A DNA stretch of 64,000 nt from Patescibacteria group bacterium. GTDB lineage: Bacteria > Patescibacteriota > Microgenomatia > UBA8517. Shown one piece after another: positions 56,149 to 64,000 of the stretch (position 1 is its first letter; each line of letters starts with the position of its first letter). The notes beneath the pieces are model-generated. The model did no database searches. It had not been told where the DNA came from and saw only the letters and a program-made list of their open reading frames with translations. The stretch is taken from positions 8,259 to 72,258 of the forward strand of contig DASSIE010000023.1 in assembly GCA_035692185.1 (NCBI GenBank). Reading direction: 5' to 3'. Position numbers and translations under genes: made by a program.

Positions 56149-56176
56149 TTGACATAGCCTCAGATTTCACTATAAT
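56149..56176 (+). promoter_or_regulatory. rpoB promoter
   Basis: Perfect TTGACA-16 nt-TATAAT. Confidence 0.75.
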
Positions 56177-56260
56177 CCTCCCTAGGCGTACATTAACTGG
56201 TACGCTCGTCCTACTTCTACTAAAGTGGATTTTAGCGTCTCATTCAAGCCTAACAAACTC

Positions 56261-59200
56261 ATGATGTCTCAAAAACCAAACCGCCGAAACTTTGGAAAAG
56301 AAGAAAAAAATCTTCCTGAGATCAACCTATCCCAAGTCCAAAGAGAAAGCTGGCAATGGTTTTTAACCGAAGGAATTAGAGAAGAATTAGTTCAAGTTTC
56401 CCCAATCGACGATTTTACAGGTAAAAATTGGCAATTAGTTTTAGGAGATCATTCATTAGGTTCCCCAACAATTTCCCCTCGACTTGCTCAGAAAAAAGGA
56501 GTCACTTATTCATCCCCACTTAAAATAAGAGCCACCTTAACTAACAAAAAAACAGGAAAAGAAGTCACTCAAGATGTGTTTTTGGGAGATATTCCACAGA
56601 TGACAACTCGTGGAACATTTATAGTTAACGGAATTGAACGCGCGGTTATCAATCAAATTGTAAGAGCTCCTGGAGCCTATTTTTCAGGCGAGCTCGATCC
56701 GTCTAGTGGTCGAATTTTGTACAAAGCTGAAGTAAGGCCACTTCATGGAAGCTGGTTGGAGTTTGAAACTACCCGTGGAGATTTAATTTACGCAAGAATT
56801 GATAGGCGTCGCAAAGTACTAGCCACAACATTCTTAAGAGCAATGGGGGTAACCTCTGATCAAGAGATTATTGCCGCTTTTGCAGACGTTGACAAAAGCC
56901 CAGACCACAAGTACATTGCAGCAACCCTAAATAAAGATACAACCAAAACTCAGCAAGAAGCATTAATCGAAGTTTACAGAAAAATGAGGCCAGGTGAGCC
57001 TGCAGTTTTGGACAATGCTGAGGCTTTGTTCGCAACGTTGTTTACTGATGGCAGGCGTTATGACTTGGGTAAAGTCGGAAGATTCAAGATCAATAAGAGA
57101 CTTGGGGTTAATATTCCTAATGAAAAATCAAATTGGGTGTTAACCAGACAAGATGCAGTTGCAGCCATTAGCTACCTTATAGGACTTCAAAACGGAAACG
57201 GAAGATTGGACGACATTGACCATCTAAGTAACCGCAGACTTCGCCGTGTTGGAGAACTTGTTGCCGTTAACGCTTTTCGTGTGGGGTTACTTAGACTTGA
57301 AAGATCGGTTAAAGAAAAAATGTCTCTTATTTCCCAAGACGATAAGCCACTTCCAGCAAATTTAATCAACGCAAGACCCCTAATAGCCTCACTTAACGAA
57401 TTCTTTAGAAGCAACCAGCTTTCAACAATTTTAGACGACACAAATCCACTTTCCGAGGTTGATAACTTGCGACGCGTTTCAGTATTGGGTACAGGTGGAA
57501 TTAACAGGGAAAGAGCATCTTTCTCTATTCGTGACGTTAATGCAAGTCAGTACGGAAGAATTGACCCAGTAAGGTCTCCTGAAGGGCCTAACATTGGGCT
57601 TGTTACTTACTTGGCACTTTACGCTAAGGTTGATGAATTTGGGTTTATACAAGCTCCTTATAGGAGAGTTGAAAAGATTAAAAAAGGGAATAAAGTCACC
57701 GCTCGTGTAACTGATGAGGTAGTTTACTTAACAGCCGATGATGAAGAAGCAACTTATGTTACTCATTCTGGTATAAATGTTGATAATGACGGAACAATCT
57801 TAGACAAACGTGTTCCACTTAGATATAAAGGTAAATTTATAGAAGGTCTTGCTGAACTTGTTGATTATATAGATGTAACCCCAAGAGAAGTAGTTGGGGC
57901 TTCCGCTTCACTCATTCCATTTTTAGCTAACGACGAAGGAAACCGCGCTTTAATGGGATCTAACATGCAATGTCAGTCAGTTCCGCTAGTCAACCCCGAG
58001 TCCCCAGTGGTTGGAACCGGAATGGAAAGAGTAATTTCAGAAGGAATGCAAAGAGTAATAAGAGCAAGGCACGCCGGAGTTGTTGAATATATTGACGGAG
58101 AAAAAGTAGTAGTTTTGTTAGACAAAAAAGCTGAAGCAGATGCCACAAGCGACATTGAAGATGTCGAAATTATTGATGGCGGAAAGCGTGAAGTCTTTTA
58201 CTTAATGAAGTTTAAGCGCACTGCCCATTCAACTTGCTATAACCAAATTGCCCGTGCCCTTCCAGGACAAAGGGTCGCAGCGGGAGATTTGTTAGTAGAC
58301 GGGCCAGCAAGTCAGCTTGGAGAACTTGGCCTTGGACGCAACCTAGTTGTAGCTTATGCTAACTATTTAGGTTACGGATTTGAGGACGCAATTTTAATTT
58401 CAGACCGCCTTGTTAAAGAAGATTTGTTAACCTCAGTTCACATAGAAGAATACGATGCAGAAGTAGTAGACACCAAGTTGGGGCCCGAGGAAATTACAAA
58501 CGATATTCCAAACGTATCAGACAATGAACTCTCAAACCTTGCGGGAGACGGAATAGTCATGCTTGGAGCTGAGGTCAAACCAAACGATATATTAGTAGGC
58601 AAGATTGCTCCAAAAGGTGAAACAGAACTCACATCTGAGGAAAGACTCTTAAGAGCAATATTTGGTGAAAAGGCCAGAGAAGTAAGGGACACCTCACTTC
58701 GTGTTCCACACGGAGAGCGTGGAATTGTAGTTGATGTTCAAACACTTGACCGAGATAAAGGGGATGAATTAGGCCCTGGAGTAATTAAAAAAGTTATAGT
58801 TAGAGTTGCTCAGATCAGAAAGATTACAGTTGGAGATAAAATTGCAGGACGACACGGAAACAAAGGTGTTGTAAGTAAAATAATGCCTATTGCAGACATG
58901 CCACACATGGCCGATGGAACACCGGTTGATGTTATTATTTCTCCACTTTCAGTTATTTCTCGTATGAACTTGGGGCAACTTATGGAGGTTCATTTGGGTT
59001 GGGCACTTTCCAAAAAAGGTGAAAAAGGAGCATTACCAGTTTTTGACAAAATTGGTGGAGACGTTATTGCTCAAGAACTTGAAAGCGCCGGGCTTCCAGT
59101 TAACGGAAAAACAAGACTTTACGATGGCCGAACAGGGGAAGCATTTAAGGAAGATACAGTAGTTGGTGTTGGTTACATCATGAAACTTACCCACATGGTC

Positions 59201-59722
59201 GAGGACAAGACCCATGCTAGAAGCACTGGTCCATACTCCCTCGTTACTCAGCAACCACTTGGAGGAAAAGCACAAATGGGAGGTCAGCGCTTGGGAGAAA
59301 TGGAGGTCTGGGCACTTGAATCTCACCGCGCAAGCCACACATTACAAGAGATGCTTACAATTAAATCCGACGACGTTTTGGGCCGAGCTAAAGCATTTGA
59401 GGCAATTGTAAAAGGAATTGAAATTCCAGAGTCTACAATTCCAGAATCATTTAAGGTTTTGGTACGTGAGCTTAACTCATTAAGCCTTGCAATTGATCCT
59501 AAAGGTGTAAGTTTGGCAAAAGTTGAAGATGTAGAAGTAGTTGAAGGTGCTGAGCTAGCTAGTGCAGCTGGAGCAGAAGTAATTCCAACAGATGATTTAG
59601 TAGCCGAAAGTGAAATTAAAGAAGAAGAACCTGCAACTCTAGAGGAAGAAGTGGTACTAAACATAGAAAAAGAAATTGACATGCCAGAAGACATACTAGA
59701 GCCTGAGGAGGTAACAGTATAA
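56261..59722 (+). CDS. rpoB: RNA polymerase beta subunit
   Basis: GDKIAGRHGNKG, GGQRLGEME, RALMGSNMQ; start moved to ATG 56261. Confidence 0.98.
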   Translation: MMSQKPNRRNFGKEEKNLPEINLSQVQRESWQWFLTEGIREELVQVSPIDDFTGKNWQLVLGDHSLGSPTISPRLAQKKGVTYSSPLKIRATLTNKKTGKEVTQDVFLGDIPQMTTRGTFIVNGIERAVINQIVRAPGAYFSGELDPSSGRILYKAEVRPLHGSWLEFETTRGDLIYARIDRRRKVLATTFLRAMGVTSDQEIIAAFADVDKSPDHKYIAATLNKDTTKTQQEALIEVYRKMRPGEPAVLDNAEALFATLFTDGRRYDLGKVGRFKINKRLGVNIPNEKSNWVLTRQDAVAAISYLIGLQNGNGRLDDIDHLSNRRLRRVGELVAVNAFRVGLLRLERSVKEKMSLISQDDKPLPANLINARPLIASLNEFFRSNQLSTILDDTNPLSEVDNLRRVSVLGTGGINRERASFSIRDVNASQYGRIDPVRSPEGPNIGLVTYLALYAKVDEFGFIQAPYRRVEKIKKGNKVTARVTDEVVYLTADDEEATYVTHSGINVDNDGTILDKRVPLRYKGKFIEGLAELVDYIDVTPREVVGASASLIPFLANDEGNRALMGSNMQCQSVPLVNPESPVVGTGMERVISEGMQRVIRARHAGVVEYIDGEKVVVLLDKKAEADATSDIEDVEIIDGGKREVFYLMKFKRTAHSTCYNQIARALPGQRVAAGDLLVDGPASQLGELGLGRNLVVAYANYLGYGFEDAILISDRLVKEDLLTSVHIEEYDAEVVDTKLGPEEITNDIPNVSDNELSNLAGDGIVMLGAEVKPNDILVGKIAPKGETELTSEERLLRAIFGEKAREVRDTSLRVPHGERGIVVDVQTLDRDKGDELGPGVIKKVIVRVAQIRKITVGDKIAGRHGNKGVVSKIMPIADMPHMADGTPVDVIISPLSVISRMNLGQLMEVHLGWALSKKGEKGALPVFDKIGGDVIAQELESAGLPVNGKTRLYDGRTGEAFKEDTVVGVGYIMKLTHMVEDKTHARSTGPYSLVTQQPLGGKAQMGGQRLGEMEVWALESHRASHTLQEMLTIKSDDVLGRAKAFEAIVKGIEIPESTIPESFKVLVRELNSLSLAIDPKGVSLAKVEDVEVVEGAELASAAGAEVIPTDDLVAESEIKEEEPATLEEEVVLNIEKEIDMPEDILEPEEVTV

Positions 59723-59802
59723 AATACGAAGTTCGAAGTACGAAACTCGAAATGTTTCGGATTTCGGTATATGAACAATATGACTGTCGGATTTAGAATT
59801 TA
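59720..59802. repeat. Heptamer-period inverted element family B (rpoB/rpoC)
   Basis: AAATACG AAGTTCG AAGTACG AAACTCG AAA TG TTTCGGATTTCGG ... CGGATTTAGAATTTA. Confidence 0.75.
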
Positions 59803-59809
59803 AATAAAT

Positions 59810-62800
59810 ATGGAACAATTAGCTGACTTAAAAAACTTAACAGATTTCAAAAGCTTACTTATTAGGCTAGCGTCCCCCGAAGAAATTCGGGCTTGGAGTC
59901 GTGGTGAAATCCTAAAACCAGAAACTATTAATTACAGAACCCTTAAGCCCGAAAAAGACGGTCTTTTTGATGAAAGAATTTTCGGCCCAACTAAAGATTG
60001 GGAATGTTACTGCGGAAAGTACAAGAGAATTAGATATAAAGGCGTAATCTGCGATAAATGTGGAGTTGAAGTCACCCAGGCTCGTGTCAGGCGCGAGAGA
60101 ATGGGTCACATTACTCTTGCCACACCTGTAGCTCACGTCTGGTTCTTTAAAGGAGCACCAAGTAAAATCTCACTTCTTTTGGGTGTAGCTCCAAGAGGTA
60201 TTGAGCAAGTAGTTTACTTTGCCAGATATTTAGTAACAGAAATTGATGACGTTAAGAAAAAGGAAGCATTAATGAATGTTCAAACTGCTAAAGAAGAAAG
60301 ACTTCAAGAAATTGTTGATGGTTTTAAAGGAAGTCGTGACGCTTTAAAGATTGAAGAAAAAGAAGCAAAAGAAAAAATTGCTTTAAAAATTAAAGACAAA
60401 GAACAAGCAGCCCTTGCAGTCAGCGAAATTGAACTAAGTCTTAGAAAGAAAGAAGCTGCAATTAATGAGGAAGAGAGGTCCACCACAAATAAAACTGGAG
60501 ACTTGTTTGATAACCTAAGCTCGGTTGTAAAAAGTCTTAAGATTCTTAGTATTATTTCTGAAGAAGAATATGACGAACTTTATCAACATGGTGCAGCAGA
60601 CTTCTTTACCGCCAAAATGGGAGCAGACGCTATTTTGGGAGCAGTCGAGAAGATTAATTTGGAAGAAATTTCTAAGTCGTTAAGAGAAGAAATTCCATCA
60701 ATAAAAGGTGGAACTAGCAAATATGTAAAATTGGTTAAAAGACTTAAGTTGGTCGATGGCTTAAGACGCGCAAAAATCAATTCCGCTTGGATGATTCTTA
60801 AAGTTTTGCCAGTTTTACCACCAGATCTTCGCCCAATGGTCCAGCTTTCAGGAGGACGTTTTGCAACCAGTGATTTAAACGACTTGTATAGGCGCGTAAT
60901 TAATAGAAATAACCGACTTAAACATTTAATTTCTTTAGGAGCTCCTGAAATAATTCTTAGAAACGAAAAAAGAATGTTGCAAGAAGCTGTTGACTCTCTT
61001 ATTGATCAATCTCAGAGAAAAGCTACAAGAAAATCTAGAGGTAGGCAGCCACTTCGCTCTCTTTCCGACATGCTTCGTGGAAAACAAGGAAGATTTAGAC
61101 AAAACTTGCTTGGAAAACGTGTTGATTATTCAGGACGCTCCGTTGTTATAGTAGGGCCAGAACTTAAATTAACTCAATGTGGACTACCTAAAGACATGGC
61201 CCTTGAGATGTTTAAGCCCTTTGTGCTCAGAGAAATGATTGCAAGGGGAATTGCACCAAACGTTAAAAGCGCAAAGAATATGTTGGATCGTAGGCCACCT
61301 GAGGTTTTTGATATTTTGGAAGAAATCACAAAAGACCATCCAGTTCTATTAAATCGTGCACCAACTTTACATAGACTTTCTATCCAATCCTTCTACCCAG
61401 TTTTAATTGAAGGAAGTGCAATCCGCCTTCACCCAGCGGTCTGCTCTGGTTTTAATGCTGACTTTGACGGAGATCAAATGGCCGTTCATGTTCCACTTTC
61501 TACAAAAGCAATTGAAGAAGCAAAGACCCTTATGTTACCAACCAATAATTTGCTTAAACCAAGTGACGGAGCTCCAGCTGCAACACCGTCAAGTAAGGAA
61601 ATTGCACTGGGAGCTTACTACTTAACTTGTGATGACGCCAGAATCCCAGCCCATTTGTCAATTTTTGGCGATAAAGATGAAGCTATTTACGCTTACCAAT
61701 GTGACATGGTTGAAATAAGACAAAAAATTAAAGTCATGGTAAATAAAGAAATAATGGAAACCACAGTTGGAAGAATTTTATTTAACGAAGCATTGCCTGA
61801 AAACTTCGATTTTGTGAACGTTGCCGCAACTTCATCGGTTATTAAAAATCTTTTTGTTAAAGCGTATTCAACAGTTTCTAGGGAACGTGTAGTTCAATTG
61901 GTTGATGACGTTAAGGACTTAGGTTTCTTTGGTGGCACAATTAGTGGAATTTCATTTGGTATATTTGATGCCAAAATCTATCCAGGGAAAACCAAGATTT
62001 TGGAAGCCGCTGACAAAAGAGTTTCTGAAATCGATGACTATTTTGCACAAGGACTTATTACTTCCGAGGAAAAAAGACGCCAAGCTCAAGAAGTTTGGAT
62101 CGAAGTATCTGATGACTTGGCTGACAAAACTTGGGCAGAGCTTGAAGAAACAAATCCAATCCGTATAGTAATTGATGCTAAAGTCGGACGTGCATCCAGG
62201 GACCAAGTTAAACAGTTGTCAGCTATTCGTGGTTTGGTTGTTGATCCGCTTGGTAAAATCGTTGATCTTCCAATTAAATCTAACTTCCGTGAAGGTCTTT
62301 CAGTTTTTGAATACGTAACCTCAAGCCGTGGATCTAGAAAAGGTCTAACTGACACCGCCATTAAAACTGCTGATGCTGGATACTTAACTCGCAGGTTAGT
62401 TGACGTAGCACACGACGTTTTAATTAGAAGCGAAGATTGTGGAACAAAAGACGGAATCGAAATATTAAGAAGCGTCAGGTCTCACGCATTTGTAGCCCGT
62501 ATTGTTGGCCGATTTGCAGCCAAGGATGTAATGGACAAAACTGGTAAAAAAGTAGTTCTTAAATCTGGAGAGTTAATAGATGAAGAAACGGCCAAGAAAA
62601 TTGACGAAAGTGGAGCCTCAGTTGTTATTATCAGATCACCATTAACTTGCCAAGCTAGATATGGAATGTGTGTTAAGTGTTACGGTTGGGATCTTGGAAC
62701 AAAAAATTTGGTTGATATCGGAATGCCAGTTGGAGTTGTTGCCGCTCAGTCCATTGGTGAACCTGGAACTCAGCTTACATTAAAGACTAAACACGCAGCC

Positions 62801-63532
62801 GGAGTAGTTGGAGCTGTCGACGTTACACAAGGACTTCCAAGAGTAGAAGAAATAGTAGAAGCTCGTTTGCCTAAAGTAGTCTCAGCCTTAGCTGAAATCA
62901 CAGGAAAAGTAACAATTAGTGAAGTTGACACTGGTTGGAAAGTATTGGTTGTTGCTAAAGGCACTCCAAAAGAAGAAAAAGAATATATTATTCCTAAGAC
63001 TTTGGAGTTAATAGTTGAGGATGGTGGTTTAGTTTCAGCCGGAGACGCACTAGCAAAAGGCCCATTAGACATTAAAGACGTACTTTCTATTAAAGGATTA
63101 CGTGCGGCACAAGAATACTTGGTCGCCGAAATCCAAAAGGTTTATGAATCTCAAGGAATTCCAATAAACGACAAACATTTTGAAGTAATAGTCCGCAAAA
63201 TGAGTGATGAAGTTAGGGTTGTCACAACTGGTGACACTCCATTCTTGCCAGGAGAGTTAACAAGCCGTGCTGTATTTGAGGAAGAAAATGAAAAGGCAAT
63301 AGTAGCGGGTGGAGAGCCATCAAGCGCACAACAAGTAGTACTTGGTATTACACGAAGAGCTTTGTACACCGACAGCTGGTTGTCAGCAGCCTCATTTGAG
63401 CAGACAACAGACGTCTTAACCGAAGCCGCTCTATTGGGACGCGAAGATAAACTTATTGGGCTTAAGGAGAATGTTATTATTGGAAGACTTATTCCAGTCT
63501 CGCCGGAGCGAGCTATGATGATCGAAAACTAA
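59810..63532 (+). CDS. rpoC: RNA polymerase beta' subunit
   Basis: NADFDGD, Zn finger [18 protein letters not shown]. Confidence 0.98.
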   Translation: MEQLADLKNLTDFKSLLIRLASPEEIRAWSRGEILKPETINYRTLKPEKDGLFDERIFGPTKDWECYCGKYKRIRYKGVICDKCGVEVTQARVRRERMGHITLATPVAHVWFFKGAPSKISLLLGVAPRGIEQVVYFARYLVTEIDDVKKKEALMNVQTAKEERLQEIVDGFKGSRDALKIEEKEAKEKIALKIKDKEQAALAVSEIELSLRKKEAAINEEERSTTNKTGDLFDNLSSVVKSLKILSIISEEEYDELYQHGAADFFTAKMGADAILGAVEKINLEEISKSLREEIPSIKGGTSKYVKLVKRLKLVDGLRRAKINSAWMILKVLPVLPPDLRPMVQLSGGRFATSDLNDLYRRVINRNNRLKHLISLGAPEIILRNEKRMLQEAVDSLIDQSQRKATRKSRGRQPLRSLSDMLRGKQGRFRQNLLGKRVDYSGRSVVIVGPELKLTQCGLPKDMALEMFKPFVLREMIARGIAPNVKSAKNMLDRRPPEVFDILEEITKDHPVLLNRAPTLHRLSIQSFYPVLIEGSAIRLHPAVCSGFNADFDGDQMAVHVPLSTKAIEEAKTLMLPTNNLLKPSDGAPAATPSSKEIALGAYYLTCDDARIPAHLSIFGDKDEAIYAYQCDMVEIRQKIKVMVNKEIMETTVGRILFNEALPENFDFVNVAATSSVIKNLFVKAYSTVSRERVVQLVDDVKDLGFFGGTISGISFGIFDAKIYPGKTKILEAADKRVSEIDDYFAQGLITSEEKRRQAQEVWIEVSDDLADKTWAELEETNPIRIVIDAKVGRASRDQVKQLSAIRGLVVDPLGKIVDLPIKSNFREGLSVFEYVTSSRGSRKGLTDTAIKTADAGYLTRRLVDVAHDVLIRSEDCGTKDGIEILRSVRSHAFVARIVGRFAAKDVMDKTGKKVVLKSGELIDEETAKKIDESGASVVIIRSPLTCQARYGMCVKCYGWDLGTKNLVDIGMPVGVVAAQSIGEPGTQLTLKTKHAAGVVGAVDVTQGLPRVEEIVEARLPKVVSALAEITGKVTISEVDTGWKVLVVAKGTPKEEKEYIIPKTLELIVEDGGLVSAGDALAKGPLDIKDVLSIKGLRAAQEYLVAEIQKVYESQGIPINDKHFEVIVRKMSDEVRVVTTGDTPFLPGELTSRAVFEEENEKAIVAGGEPSSAQQVVLGITRRALYTDSWLSAASFEQTTDVLTEAALLGREDKLIGLKENVIIGRLIPVSPERAMMIEN

Positions 63533-63533
63533 T

Positions 63534-63959
63534 ATGCCAACAATTAATCAACTCGCACGAAAAGGTAGAAAAAGCACAATCAAGAAAGTTAAAACAACTT
63601 CTTTGAAAAAGTGGTTTAACGGAATGGATAGGACTTTTGCAGAAAATTCATCCTCATTTAAAAGAGGAGTAGTTTTAGCGGTTCGTACCATGACTCCCAG
63701 AAAACCTAACTCAGCTTTGCGTAAAGTTGCCCGTGTAAGGTTATCTAACAAACAAGAAGTTACAGCCTATATTCCTGGTGAAGGACATGAACTAGCTGAG
63801 CATTCAATCGTTATGATCAGGGGTGGTCGTGTTAAGGATTTAGCTGGTGTAAAATACCATGTAGTTAGGGGTAAATTCGACACAACCGGAGTTAGTGGTC
63901 GCATGAACGGCAGAAGCAAATACGGAGCAAAGAAAACAGCGATGATTGCCAAAAAATAA
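63534..63959 (+). CDS. rpsL: 30S ribosomal protein S12
   Basis: [22 protein letters not shown]. Confidence 0.97.
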   Translation: MPTINQLARKGRKSTIKKVKTTSLKKWFNGMDRTFAENSSSFKRGVVLAVRTMTPRKPNSALRKVARVRLSNKQEVTAYIPGEGHELAEHSIVMIRGGRVKDLAGVKYHVVRGKFDTTGVSGRMNGRSKYGAKKTAMIAKK

Positions 63960-63973
63960 TTTATTAAAATAAC

Positions 63974-64000
63974 ATGAGAAAAGGACAAGCAAAACCAAGA
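63974..64000 (+). CDS. rpsG: 30S ribosomal protein S7, 5' end
   Basis: MRKGQAKPR directly after rpsL. Confidence 0.75.

Noticed and set aside
912-63988. Many short antisense or overlapping ORFs in the ORF track (e.g. 912-1229, 32167-32523, 41164-41649, 47106-47642, 59323-59778)
   Set aside because: They are shadows of well-supported genes on the opposite strand or frame, with no motifs or start signals.
1-64000. Alternative genetic code (TGA=Gly, as in Gracilibacteria)
   Set aside because: Long core genes are open in code 11, and TGA terminates genes such as hrcA and infB at expected positions.

Overview
AT-rich, gene-dense chromosomal segment. TGA is read as stop (e.g. grpE), so translation table 11. 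Gene content and compact proteins suggest a Patescibacteria/CPR bacterium, probably Microgenomates (inference). From left to right: a cell-envelope glycan cluster (UbiA-family transferase, WecA, GT-C, GT2s); metG; rmuC, a deaminase and a UvrD-nuclease; two FemAB-like genes; pcrA; LCP and mannosyltransferases; pilN/pilO with Cys-rich and LPxTG-like surface proteins; rpsT; murJ; hrcA-grpE-dnaK..dnaJ; nusA-infB; rpsO-pnp; a truncated lon; udg; rnj; ftsK; rodZ; alaS; sortase; ruvX; mltG; rpoBC; rpsL; and the start of rpsG. I saw no rRNA, tRNA, CRISPR array, transposase or integrase. The most striking unexplained structure is two dispersed families of tiny repeats. (A) ~30-nt palindromes (CCTCCTTCGC-N5-GCTTCGGAGG..CAAG type) inserted in-frame in protein genes, in different frames and orientations. 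(B) 80-120-nt elements of short-period (mostly 7-nt) repeats with inverted arms, which fill intergenic gaps of housekeeping operons; half-copies are translated inside proteins. Other candidates are a structured/pseudoknotted 180-nt element between rnj and ftsK, an orphan gene plus an ~80-nt hairpin inside the dnaK-dnaJ locus, pervasive leaderless and bidirectional promoters, and several core enzymes with altered catalytic motifs. All calls are by eye from the sequence and ORF track; no searches were run.
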